DNA of 64,000 nt from Patescibacteria group bacterium (lineage in GTDB: Bacteria; Patescibacteriota; Microgenomatia; UM-FILTER-40-11), in contig DATKVM010000005.1 of NCBI GenBank assembly GCA_035530075.1, positions 231,006 to 295,005 on the forward strand, given 5' to 3'. A program made the translations under genes and the position numbers. Numbering within the stretch: the first letter of the stretch is position 1; each line of letters begins with the position of its first letter. This document shows, one piece after another, positions 18,467-27,176 of this stretch. A model generated the notes under the pieces. The model was not told the origin of the DNA and did not search any database. It worked only from the letters and a program-made list of their open reading frames with translations.

Positions 18467-18880
18467 TTAAATCAAATCATTTTCTAAACCATACTTTATT
18501 GCTTTGAGCGAAGCTCGTGCACTTTCCAAATCCTCTTTATATGCCTCGGCGTCTCTTGCATCATTTCCTTCCGAATCCCCAATTGTGTAAACCCCAGATC
18601 TATAATCCAATCTCTCAAAATTCTGATAGTATTTGGAATTGGTAGTTATAAGGTTATCGAGAATCATTAATGTCTCTTCGCGCCACTGCCGAAGGAGATC
18701 GTAATCGACTTTTCCAAGTAGTTGGTCTATAAGGTCGATTTTTGAATCAAGTAGAGTTATCTTATCTTTTTTATCCATTTGTTTAATTTCTTTGAGTGAG
18801 CTTTTGCTCCGCGAGCCTAAGATTAATATAACCTTTGACTTCACTCCAATTATACTCGCTTTACAAGATTTGAGGTACAT
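18467..18880 (-). CDS. Hypothetical protein (operon member; the real start may be the internal Met, giving ~100 aa)
   Basis: 137-aa ORF. Predicted coiled-coil content. Confidence 0.35.
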   Translation of the reverse strand: MYLKSCKASIIGVKSKVILILGSRSKSSLKEIKQMDKKDKITLLDSKIDLIDQLLGKVDYDLLRQWREETLMILDNLITTNSKYYQNFERLDYRSGVYTIGDSEGNDARDAEAYKEDLESARASLKAIKYGLENDLI

Positions 18881-18925
18881 CGGAGAGATGAGGCAAAGGC
18901 GGGAAGAAATTAAAAAAATTAGCGC

Positions 18926-20347
18926 TCATTCATCTTTAATTCCAACATAAAACCTGCCGGTGGCGACACAAACACCCTTATTTATGGCATAGCAATCAAC
19001 CCAATGCATACCTGGGTATTGGGTGTGTTCTTCTTTAAAGTCTGAGTCTCCCTCGCAAAAATGAAATTCGTTTCCTCTCCAACCGCCTATGCGTGCCATT
19101 TCTAATGCCGGAAGTCCATTATTAACCACTAACCACCTTATTTCATCATATACAAGTCCATTAATATCTGGTGAAAAATATAAGGAATATTCCTTGCTAA
19201 GATATTCTCCTGAAGTCATTGACCTTGTGCCATTAAGTACCTCAAGTTGAAACTTAGAAAATGGTTTTGGAATATTCTTGAAAGAAGGAGGATTTTTAAC
19301 CTTTTCTGAGCGCTTGACCTTGCAGGAAACGTTAATTTTTGAGGGGTTAGGAGCAAAAGGCCATGGCGGATTAGCAATGAGACTCTCCCTCAAAGCAGAA
19401 TATACTTCTTCTCTTTCTTCCTCTGGCATGTTTATAAATTCACCTAATGCTTTGGAGGCAAAATCCACGGCTAATTTTCTTTGCACTCCCGTTTTATCTT
19501 CATTCAAATAACTGTCCACAAAAATATTGCTCTCTGCCATATCTGGTATTGCTGGTTTCTCTAGCCATTGCCCCATATTCTTAAGGAAATAACAAACTGC
19601 ATCATAAAAATTAATACCTTTATTCTGGGCAAAGATGTTTGTGATAACTAGCTCAAGATGAAAGGATTTCAGCTCAAACTCGGTTAATCCGGCATTACAC
19701 GACTTTTTCCAAACTTTAGCAAACTTGACGGATTTTCTATAACTAGGATTTGAATTTAAATTTAAAGCTTGTTTGATGTAGCCTTTGGGGTCAGACAAAA
19801 TCCAGGGAATTTTCCCCCCACTAACGCTATATTTCTTGGCCCAATTGCCCCGGTGCATTTTCTGGATTTCTGGAACCAAATAAATATCGTCTCCATACCT
19901 GTTTTTTCTTCCAGATTTTAAAGCGGGAACAACATCTATGGAAAAACCCTTTTCTTTTGGAAAAGCGATGCTAACTGAGTGTGTTTGGTCTGCGTCAATT
20001 TCTACTTCTTCTCCTATTTTACGATAACCTTCGGCCAAAATTGAAGCTAAGCTTTGTAATGGGTCTTTAACATCAAAATAGAAGGGTTCACCTTGCTTAG
20101 CGCTTGAAAAAAGCTTACTTCCGGTTACTTGAAAAGCTTCAGGTAATACCCATATTATGTCAAGGTCGTGAACGGGGGTTACTGAAGTTTCTCTAACATA
20201 TGAACCGCTTTGAAAAATTTCATTCCCAGGTAATATCTCTTGAAGGTCGCTGTAATGTTTTGAAATAACTTCTCTTTCCTCCGCCGGGGGCGATAAATAC
20301 TTGCGACAAAACTCCTCTAAGGTGGTATTAACTTCGTCTTGGTTCAT
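18926..20347 (-). CDS. cGAS/DncV-like nucleotidyltransferase (CD-NTase/SMODS-type Pol-beta NTase) with a ~300-aa C-terminal domain of unknown function
   Basis: 'QSGSYVRETSVTPVHDLDIIWVLP' fits GS-x9-[DE]hDh. The third acidic residue lies in 'FSIDVVPAL' about 75 residues later. This spacing and context match CD-NTase, OAS and SMODS cores. The gene overlaps the upstream TM-protein gene by 20 nt. Confidence 0.55.
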   Translation of the reverse strand: MNQDEVNTTLEEFCRKYLSPPAEEREVISKHYSDLQEILPGNEIFQSGSYVRETSVTPVHDLDIIWVLPEAFQVTGSKLFSSAKQGEPFYFDVKDPLQSLASILAEGYRKIGEEVEIDADQTHSVSIAFPKEKGFSIDVVPALKSGRKNRYGDDIYLVPEIQKMHRGNWAKKYSVSGGKIPWILSDPKGYIKQALNLNSNPSYRKSVKFAKVWKKSCNAGLTEFELKSFHLELVITNIFAQNKGINFYDAVCYFLKNMGQWLEKPAIPDMAESNIFVDSYLNEDKTGVQRKLAVDFASKALGEFINMPEEEREEVYSALRESLIANPPWPFAPNPSKINVSCKVKRSEKVKNPPSFKNIPKPFSKFQLEVLNGTRSMTSGEYLSKEYSLYFSPDINGLVYDEIRWLVVNNGLPALEMARIGGWRGNEFHFCEGDSDFKEEHTQYPGMHWVDCYAINKGVCVATGRFYVGIKDE

Positions 20348-20918
20348 ATCGGTACGAGGACATAATGGAAAAAATATCGCTCACTAAGCGAAGTGGCATG
20401 CTTGATAGAGCATACCATTTGTAATCTTTAATTATTTCCTTATGTTTATCGTCAAGTTGGTAGCCTATTTCAAAGGTATAAATAATTAAGGGTTTATCGG
20501 CTCGCTTGACCATTTGAAAAAAATCGTCAAAGTCATTCATTCCCCTATGGTATCCCAGTATTATAATGCCAGCTTCATCAATATCTTTCTGGTCAATAGC
20601 ATGGAAATCGGTTACAACTCCTTTAGAGACATTAAAATAGCCTGAACTCTTAAGAACGCCAAGTTCCCGTTCCATGTCTTTTGTTCCGCCATCAGTTCTT
20701 TTTCCCCCGGGCGGACAAAAAATAAAAACCTTTTTGCCTAAATTCTTCCCAAGTCTCCAAAAAACTTTGGCCGAACGACTGAAGATAACAATATACCCCA
20801 CAAAGACCAATAAAAGACCGCCAGCGGCTTTTAAAATATCCCAGAGGCTAAGGATGGTAGCAACATTGTTGATGTTCGTATCGGTTTCCATTTTGCCTGT
20901 CAAATAAGTGCTTGACAT
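20328..20918 (-). CDS. N-terminally TM-anchored protein with a Rossmann-like alpha/beta domain (possibly TIR-like or SLOG-like); candidate effector
   Basis: TM helix 'LLLVFVGYIVIFS', then 'KKVFIFCPPGGKRTDGG...IIILGYHRG...KPLIIYTFE', which alternates beta and alpha elements. First gene of the operon, separated from divergent lexA by 30 bp. Confidence 0.4.
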   Translation of the reverse strand: MSSTYLTGKMETDTNINNVATILSLWDILKAAGGLLLVFVGYIVIFSRSAKVFWRLGKNLGKKVFIFCPPGGKRTDGGTKDMERELGVLKSSGYFNVSKGVVTDFHAIDQKDIDEAGIIILGYHRGMNDFDDFFQMVKRADKPLIIYTFEIGYQLDDKHKEIIKDYKWYALSSMPLRLVSDIFSIMSSYRYEPRRS

Positions 20919-20948
20919 TATTGTAGATATACCATAAACTTACTATAG

Positions 20949-21545
20949 ATGCAAGAGGTAAAACCATTAACAGAGCGCCAAAAACTTGTTCTTAGTTTCA
21001 TAGCCACTTTCTTAAAGGAAAAAGGGTTTTCTCCTTCACTTAAAGAAATTGCCCGTTTTATTGAAACCGATAACCTCAGTTCGGCCCAATATTTTGTTAA
21101 AGAACTTGAGGAGAAGGGATATTTAAGGAAGAATGCCAATAAATCAAGGGGCATTGCTCCAATTCCTATTCGGTCTTCCATCCCCTTACTTGGATATATT
21201 GCGGCAGGGAAACCCATTGACCCCATGGAGAACCCGGAGGAGATTTCTGTTCCCTCAAGTATTACGATTGATACTCGTTATCCTCATTATGCCCTCAAGG
21301 TTAAAGGCGATAGCATGATTGATATGGGAATCTTAAACGGCGATATCGTTATAATTAAACATCAACTAACTGCGGATAATGGGGATGTCGTAGTCGCCGT
21401 TACAGAACACGGAGCAACACTGAAAATCCTGAAAAAAAGTGGCAGTAAAGTTCTTTTAGAACCGAGGAATAAAAACTATCAAACTATCTATCCTAAACAA
21501 TTGGAAATCAGAGGGAAATTTGTTGGGCTAATAAGAGGAGAATGA
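20949..21545 (+). CDS. lexA: LexA repressor
   Basis: N-terminal winged-helix domain. Ala-Gly cleavage site 'IAAGKP', catalytic Ser in 'KGDSMID' and Lys in 'GATLKIL'. 198 aa. Confidence 0.85.
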   Translation: MQEVKPLTERQKLVLSFIATFLKEKGFSPSLKEIARFIETDNLSSAQYFVKELEEKGYLRKNANKSRGIAPIPIRSSIPLLGYIAAGKPIDPMENPEEISVPSSITIDTRYPHYALKVKGDSMIDMGILNGDIVIIKHQLTADNGDVVVAVTEHGATLKILKKSGSKVLLEPRNKNYQTIYPKQLEIRGKFVGLIRGE

Positions 21546-21661
21546 GTTGGTTTTACCAGTCTTACCCAGTGGTAAGTATAGTGAAAGCCCATTTGTTCCC
21601 ACGCGTGGACTCCCTTCGGTTCCCTCAGGGCAAGCCCTTAGGAAACTCAGGGTAAACTTCA

Positions 21662-21780
21662 CGCCTTCCAGACCTAACAAGCCTGCCTGCCGGTGGGCAA
21701 GTTTAGACCTAATTGTTGGGCGAGGGGGTGAAAGAAGTTAGATTAAGAAAATTTAGCTTGCTCTGAAACGACTTTCGAAC
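21662..21780 (+). repeat. Island repeat copy R3 (extended form with a CCTGCCTGCCGG left arm)
   Basis: '...ccttccagacctaacaagcctgcctgccggtgggcaagtttagacctaattgttgggcgagggggtgaaagaagttagattaagaaaatttagc...gactttcgaac'. Confidence 0.6.
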
Positions 21781-21781
21781 T

Positions 21782-22303
21782 TTAAACATTTCGGGCTTGT
21801 AACTTTGGTAATAGCGCCTTGTATCGTTTAATTTTGGTTTGTTTAGTTAACATGGCGTATCTGGGCGAAGGAGATGGTAGGCAAATCAACTCTATCTTAG
21901 TGTATTGTTGGATTATATCCTTGAACTGTCTTTTAAACATTTTTTCTACATGGCGACTGGTGAAAAAGATTTTCTCGATAGTATGGTTTTTGAGGATAGT
22001 TGTGACCCCATTAGTGTTATAGACGATATTAAATAAGTTTATATCTAAATTACTATTTTTCTTTCTTTCGCAGGATAAGATTATATCTACTAGTGCCATC
22101 TTTAGTTGTACAAAAAGCCCTTGCTGCCTTTCTTTAGTACTGAAGTCGGAACTATAAACTTCTTCCATGATTGGCCAGAACTGATTGCGACCGTTTGCAT
22201 AAAACCAGTCGTAAGGACTTGAGGGTTTAGTTACAAAACTTCCCAGCATTAAATACTTTACTTTCTCAGGAACAAAGTCTCCAAACGGATGCGTTTCAAC
22301 CAT
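21782..22303 (-). CDS. UDG-superfamily DNA glycosylase (MUG/TDG family-2-like)
   Basis: 'MLGSFVTKPSSPYDWFYANGRNQFW' parallels the MUG/TDG motif GINPG...NHFW. The C-terminal 'LPSPSPRYA' parallels the TDG motif MPSSSAR. Confidence 0.5.
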   Translation of the reverse strand: MVETHPFGDFVPEKVKYLMLGSFVTKPSSPYDWFYANGRNQFWPIMEEVYSSDFSTKERQQGLFVQLKMALVDIILSCERKKNSNLDINLFNIVYNTNGVTTILKNHTIEKIFFTSRHVEKMFKRQFKDIIQQYTKIELICLPSPSPRYAMLTKQTKIKRYKALLPKLQARNV

Positions 22304-22340
22304 GGGAATATTATACTGTAGTTCGAGTCCACGCCGGGTT

Positions 22341-22437
22341 CAGTGTAACAAGTTTAGACCTGATTGGTGGGCGAGGGGAAGGTTAGGAGAAGTTAGATTA
22401 AGAAAATTCAGCCCCCATCATGGACGAAGTTCGAACT
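22341..22437 (+). repeat. Island repeat copy R4 (near-consensus)
   Basis: 'cagtgtaacaagtttagacctgattggtgggcgaggggaaggttaggagaagttagattaagaaaattcagcccccatcatggacgaagttcgaac'. Confidence 0.7.
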
Positions 22438-22445
22438 AGTTTAGC

Positions 22446-23048
22446 TTAAGGATTGAAGTTTTGGGCCTTTTCAAAAATCTCAGAAAGTAAATGATAATAA
22501 CTTTTCGCTTCTTCTTTTACTTCTGGCAGAGAAATAATTGCTATTTTTTCCTCTAATTTCTGCTTAGCATATCTTAGTAAATCCTCAAATGCCATTCCTC
22601 TTTTACCTAAAGAAGAAATAAAGGCAAATACTCCTCTTGGGTGAAGAAATTTAAAGCAATCAGCATTAGCGCAGATTTCTGCCTCAATACTGGGATATTT
22701 CTTCATACCGTGGTGACTTGAAATACAATCTGAAATTTCTTTAATAATCTTTTTATCTAAATCTAAGGGTCTTATTGCTAATAAAGTTGCCTTAAGGGAC
22801 ATTTGAACATGGTCTTTCATTCTATTATTCAGGAAAGCTTCTCCCATTTTCAGGTCCATAAAATTCAGACAGGCTAAAATAAAATCTTCATTTGCCTTGT
22901 AGGCTTTCGCCAATTCTTTCCCATAGGCTAAACAAATTTTATGGTTTTCTATTGGAGGTATATCTGTCTTTTCAACCTCCTTTTTTAGAAGTTTTTCAGA
23001 AATTTCTAAGAGATTTTTGTTAAAATCATTCATACCCAATTTTATCAT
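22446..23048 (-). CDS. Putative HD-superfamily hydrolase (weak call)
   Basis: 200 aa with spaced His/Asp residues (HKICLAY, MDLKMGE, KDHVQMS, SSHHG, NADCF). The assignment is uncertain. Confidence 0.3.
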   Translation of the reverse strand: MIKLGMNDFNKNLLEISEKLLKKEVEKTDIPPIENHKICLAYGKELAKAYKANEDFILACLNFMDLKMGEAFLNNRMKDHVQMSLKATLLAIRPLDLDKKIIKEISDCISSHHGMKKYPSIEAEICANADCFKFLHPRGVFAFISSLGKRGMAFEDLLRYAKQKLEEKIAIISLPEVKEEAKSYYHLLSEIFEKAQNFNP

Positions 23049-23090
23049 AAACTAAAAAGCCCAATTTTAAGGGCTTTCTGAAGCTAGCTC

Positions 23091-23208
23091 CGTAATCCTA
23101 GGATTAATCTTGCCTGCCGGTTGCATGTCGCCAAAGGCTTTCGCCGACGGCACGCAGGCAAGTTTAGACCTAATTGGTGGGCGGGGGGAGGGTTGGGAGG
23201 AGTTTGGA
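23091..23208 (+). repeat. Island repeat copy R5
   Basis: Left arm 'cgtaatcctaggattaatcttgcctgccgg' matches the left arm of R12. Core 'caagtttagacctaattggtgggcggggggagggttgggaggagtt'. Confidence 0.65.
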
Positions 23209-23382
23209 TCTCCAAAGACAACTACCAGTCGTCGCTGGGCAGTTCTCTTAACATATCTGAACGACCCGACTCAAATCCTTCTTGCCGGCCAAAGAAAAAA
23301 TGTTTCCATGACTCAACAATATTTCCAATATTTCCACTCCCGGAGTGGAATAGTTCTCGCACTGAAGCTAAACAACGCTCCG

Positions 23383-23628
23383 CTAGCGATGAGAAGGCTT
23401 TTCTAAACCCAGTGCGACTTGACGAGCGCAATTATCTCTGTGACCCAACTCCTGGTCGCCTCTGCACCAAGGGCACCTTGGATAAACATTAGCCTCATTC
23501 ACATATGTCATGACGAACTCGACTTGCTGTAGTGCCCCTCGCAACAATGTTATTTGTTCTTCTGGAGACATCGATATCTCTCCCCCCGGTGAACCGCCTT
23601 CTTTTTCCCTTTTAACCATCCTTTCCAC
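23383..23628 (-). CDS. Hypothetical small Cys-containing protein (CPWC)
   Basis: 81-aa ORF in an otherwise ORF-poor 0.5-kb stretch between R5 and R6. Coding status is uncertain. Confidence 0.25.
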   Translation of the reverse strand: MERMVKREKEGGSPGGEISMSPEEQITLLRGALQQVEFVMTYVNEANVYPRCPWCRGDQELGHRDNCARQVALGLEKPSHR

Positions 23629-23702
23629 CTCCCTCTAGGCAGAGATTAAGAACAATTCATCCTAAATCTACTCTTTCTGCTTATTATTGTCAAAAAATTC
23701 CT

Positions 23703-23760
23703 TTTTAGACCCAATTGGTGGGCGAGGGGAGGGTTGGAAGAGGTTAGATTAGAAATTCAA
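23703..23760 (+). repeat. Island repeat copy R6
   Basis: 'tttagacccaattggtgggcgaggggagggttggaagaggttagattagaaattcaa'. Confidence 0.65.
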
Positions 23761-23895
23761 CTCCTCAATCTTGAGATTATTATAGTAACAATCGAGAAAG
23801 TATTAAAGGCTTTTGAGAACGTTATCCAAATGGAGTTGGTAAGGGTCAGGTGGGAAGAAATCCAAAGATTTCAAATTAAATCCACTTCTGTTTAA

Positions 23896-24660
23896 TCAAG
23901 GTTTCCTTGCGACAATAACTACTCTATGTCTTGGGAATTTAATTCCCTTCTTTGTCCTAAACTTCGCCACATATTTCTCTAAGAATTTCATATCTTTCTC
24001 GGAATCAAAATCTTCAAATATGGGAACTCCTTGTAAAAATAGGTCTAAATCTTCATAAGAAGCATAGTATTCGTCATAGAAATAATCTTGAGCAAAGATG
24101 ATTTCAAACCCTGCGTCTTTAAGCTCCCATTTATCCTCTTCTAGTCTCGAAGCATTCCACTCTTTATATCCTTGACCACGACCAAATATTTCTTTAATTG
24201 ATTGACAGTCTTTTTCTCCAATGTTTATACCAACAAAGTAACCACCTGATTTTAATAGTCTATGAAACTCGGAAAAAGGTGTCGGGCCGCGACGACTAAA
24301 TATTAAATCAAAAGATTTATCGGAAAATGATGTTTTGCTGGCATCCTGCAGTTCAAAAATAACATTTTTGACTTGTAAAATATTTTGCTTTTGCCTGGCA
24401 ATTTTTAATAATCCTTTGGATATGTCAATTCCTGCGATACTTAAAAAATATTTTGCTATTTGGAAAGCAAACTTTCCGTCACCGCATCCAGCGTCGAGAG
24501 CAATTTTGTTTTTATTTGCCAAACCAAGTAGTTTTTTCTTAAAAATTTTCTCAGGATCTCCATTCGGATATTCGGAAAGGTGTTCTACATGACTTTTACC
24601 AAAGGCGTATCCACCGAATTTCTTAGCCACTTTATCGTAGAAGTTTGATGACATAAGCAT
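23896..24660 (-). CDS. Class I SAM-dependent methyltransferase
   Basis: Motif I 'ALDAGCGDGKFAFQ' and post-I acidic 'GIDIS'. 254 aa. Confidence 0.65.
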   Translation of the reverse strand: MLMSSNFYDKVAKKFGGYAFGKSHVEHLSEYPNGDPEKIFKKKLLGLANKNKIALDAGCGDGKFAFQIAKYFLSIAGIDISKGLLKIARQKQNILQVKNVIFELQDASKTSFSDKSFDLIFSRRGPTPFSEFHRLLKSGGYFVGINIGEKDCQSIKEIFGRGQGYKEWNASRLEEDKWELKDAGFEIIFAQDYFYDEYYASYEDLDLFLQGVPIFEDFDSEKDMKFLEKYVAKFRTKKGIKFPRHRVVIVARKP

Positions 24661-24789
24661 ATTTTACTACTCTTTTAGACCTCACGTCTGACTGTTTTTA
24701 CCCCGCTATTGGATTCAAAACATACGATTTAGTTTTCTAACACAGACTTTTTCTAAGTGGCTTTAGAAAAATAGTCTTTTATAGCTTTG

Positions 24790-24869
24790 CACCTTCCAGG
24801 CCTAACAAGTTTAGACCTAATTGGTGGGCGAGGGGAGAGTTGGGAAAAGTTAGATTAAGAAAATTCAGT
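24790..24869 (+). repeat. Island repeat copy R7 (near-consensus)
   Basis: 'caccttccaggcctaacaagtttagacctaattggtgggcgaggggagagttgggaaaagttagattaagaaaattcag'. Confidence 0.7.
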
Positions 24870-25011
24870 TCACACTGAGTCCTTCGATAGACTCAGGGTA
24901 AATTTATCGAAGTGCCCGCCGGATGGAACGATTTTTTAACCTTAAGCTGGGTTGAGTCCGTCAAGTTTCATCCTATTGAACTATCGCAACTTCCTTCTAT
25001 AAAATAAGTAT

Positions 25012-25545
25012 TTATTTTTTTAATTCCTTAGTAGTACTTCCTTGCTCCAATAATCGGAAAATATCTAAGACGTAATCCGGCCAAATCCATTCAATGAATT
25101 TAACTCCGTTATTTTCTTCAACCGCTTGGATTATCTTAGAAAGAGGAACATTGTCTCGGGCAAGTCCTTGTTTTTCTAAATCAAGAATTTCTTCCAGTGT
25201 GAACCACTCAACAGTCTTTATTTCTTCCTCCAATCTATTGCCGAGCCTTTCAAAACCTTCTCCGTAAAAGACAAAACTTAAAAGATAAATCGTGTTATTT
25301 AAAGTTCCCTGGACAACCGTGCCTAGACGAACAATGTTAGTTTTACCTCCCGTTTCTTCAACCAATTCTCGTTTGGCTGCTTCCGCGACACTCTCTTCTT
25401 TATTTACCTCGCCATGGGGAAAAGTCCACTTGCCCTTGGAGTGAGTATTGATATGACCATAAACTTTATCGGTCGCTTCCTGAACCAGTAGATATTTACC
25501 ATTATCTTTGACCAGGCAATTAGCCAAAATTATTGGGCGTATCAT
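25012..25545 (-). CDS. Nudix hydrolase
   Basis: Nudix box 'GEVNKEESVAEAAKRELVEETGG'. 177 aa. Confidence 0.7.
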   Translation of the reverse strand: MIRPIILANCLVKDNGKYLLVQEATDKVYGHINTHSKGKWTFPHGEVNKEESVAEAAKRELVEETGGKTNIVRLGTVVQGTLNNTIYLLSFVFYGEGFERLGNRLEEEIKTVEWFTLEEILDLEKQGLARDNVPLSKIIQAVEENNGVKFIEWIWPDYVLDIFRLLEQGSTTKELKK

Positions 25546-25675
25546 TTAAGTAGATTATAGCAAATGTTCGAATCCTGTCTGGGGTATAAAGTTATTAGGA
25601 TAATATTTGAGGCTAAAAAAATTTGCTCCTCTATCTAGACACTATACGAACTAGAGAGTGGGTTAGTAGTTTTTT

Positions 25676-26485
25676 ATGCTAAAAATTATCACTTCATCTA
25701 ATAAAATGGGGTTAAAGAGCATTAGTTTATTATATAATGTACCTATGCTTGATGAAGAGGAAGCCGTTGTAATTACAGTAGAAGAGGAAGATTGGCAAAC
25801 TCGATATTTTAAAGAAAAAGGTAAGCCTACACAAGAAAGAACAGTAATTATTCAAGGACATGTAATAAATATTGTTAATTACGATCACGAATTTGTTTTT
25901 ACAGGAACTCATTTAAAAGAGCTCCAAGAATTTGTTACAAGAGCTAAAGAACTTAATCCTAATTTATTAAGAAACTTTAAAAAAATAGTTTTTGGTGATA
26001 CCCAACCTCCCAGTAGATACAATGACGAAGAAAAACATCCTTTTAATGGGACGACACTTATCTCAGAAGATGGCGTGTGGTTTCATAAACGAGGTCAAAG
26101 AACTGATATTAGACATCGCACAGGTGATACTTCTAATTTTCAAGGAACACTAGCTCATGAAGTCATACACCTAAGCGAGAATCAAGTAGAACATCGGTGG
26201 AGAAAGGATTTTGAATGGCACTACTGTTCTGAATTTCAAAATGAATGGGAACAAACAGAAAATAAGGGTATATGGAGAAATAAGACAAATGGACGGAAGG
26301 CATTGGAAGGTCAATTTACCAAACATCCTGAGCGGTGCGTTACAGATTATGGAAGAATGACATGGGATGATGATTATGCTGATAGTGGTGTAGTGGCAGT
26401 ATTTAATCCTCAAAGACTACAAACTATTTGCCCTCAAAAATTAGAAGTAATTAGACAAGTAGGAAAAGAACCTGAAGTTGCTTAA
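25676..26485 (+). CDS. Hypothetical protein with an HExxH motif (possible zincin-like metallopeptidase); noticeably AT-rich
   Basis: 'LAHEVIHLSE' in a 269-aa ORF. Codon usage is more AT-rich than the flanking genes. Confidence 0.35.
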   Translation: MLKIITSSNKMGLKSISLLYNVPMLDEEEAVVITVEEEDWQTRYFKEKGKPTQERTVIIQGHVINIVNYDHEFVFTGTHLKELQEFVTRAKELNPNLLRNFKKIVFGDTQPPSRYNDEEKHPFNGTTLISEDGVWFHKRGQRTDIRHRTGDTSNFQGTLAHEVIHLSENQVEHRWRKDFEWHYCSEFQNEWEQTENKGIWRNKTNGRKALEGQFTKHPERCVTDYGRMTWDDDYADSGVVAVFNPQRLQTICPQKLEVIRQVGKEPEVA

Positions 26486-26520
26486 CATATCAATTAGCTT
26501 GATGTGAGGTTTTGTTTTCT

Positions 26521-26556
26521 CCCCCGTGTGGGCTCGAACCACGAACCAATCGCTTA
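26521..26556 (-). other. att-like partial duplicate of the tRNA-Asn(GUU) 3' half (T-arm and acceptor)
   Basis: 'cccccgtgtgggctcgaaccacgaaccaatcgctta' is nearly identical to 31773-31808 of the intact tRNA-Asn ('cccccgcgtggattcgaaccacgaaccgatcgctta'). The match ends at the anticodon stem. Confidence 0.55.
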
Positions 26557-26559
26557 TGG

Positions 26560-26635
26560 TTTCACACCTCCCAAGTGTAACAGCCTGCCTACTGGTAGAC
26601 AAGTTTAGACCTAATTGGTGGGCGAAGGGAGGAAC
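26560..26635 (+). repeat. Island repeat copy R8 (truncated at its right end by the GNAT gene)
   Basis: 'ttcacacctcccaagtgtaacagcctgcctactggtagacaagtttagacctaattggtgggcgaagggagg'. Confidence 0.65.
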
Positions 26636-26641
26636 AAAGAA

Positions 26642-27106
26642 TTACTTCTTAGTTAATTTTTTGATAAAGTGCACCAAAGTTGAATGCTCTGTAAATCCTA
26701 ACTTCTTATGAAATTCAATACTTTCCTTATTCCAGTCCCAAGTGTCTGAACCCATTTCTTTACACCCCTTTGTCTTTGCCCATTCTTCAGCCTTCCTGAT
26801 TAATTCTTTGGCAATTCCTCTTTTGCGATATTTCTCTTTAACGTACAAGCCCTCAAGGTAACCAACAGGGTACTCATTTGCGCCTGGAATATGTTCTTCC
26901 TTAATTGAAGCGCTCACAAAAGCTACAAGAAGATGATCTTCTTTGCCGACAAATACGATATCTCTATCCGATCGCAAGATTCGGTTAAATTCTTCTTTTA
27001 TTTCCTTTTCCGAATGTTTTGGCCAAAGCAACAATCCCATTTTAACTAACTCTTCGAAATCTTCGTTGTTTGCCTTGACAATATTCATCATCTTTGATTC
27101 TATCAA
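26642..27106 (-). CDS. GNAT family N-acetyltransferase
   Basis: Acetyl-CoA binding region 'VKEKYRKRGIAKELIRKAEEWAKTKG'. 154 aa. Confidence 0.7.
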   Translation of the reverse strand: MIESKMMNIVKANNEDFEELVKMGLLLWPKHSEKEIKEEFNRILRSDRDIVFVGKEDHLLVAFVSASIKEEHIPGANEYPVGYLEGLYVKEKYRKRGIAKELIRKAEEWAKTKGCKEMGSDTWDWNKESIEFHKKLGFTEHSTLVHFIKKLTKK

Positions 27107-27127
27107 GAATCGCCTGTTCTTCCAAAA

Positions 27128-27176
27128 AAGGTGGGCGAGGGGAGAATTGAGAGAAGGTGGATTAAGAAAATTCAGC
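27128..27176 (+). repeat. Island repeat copy R9 (right half)
   Basis: 'ggtgggcgaggggagaattgagagaaggtggattaagaaaattcagccc'. Confidence 0.65.

Noticed and set aside
20900-20950. A defined LexA operator in the lexA/operon divergent spacer
   Set aside because: I see a TTGACA -35-like hexamer and AT-rich near-palindromes (TAGATATAC), but I cannot assign a credible LexA box by eye. It is left as something to test rather than a feature.
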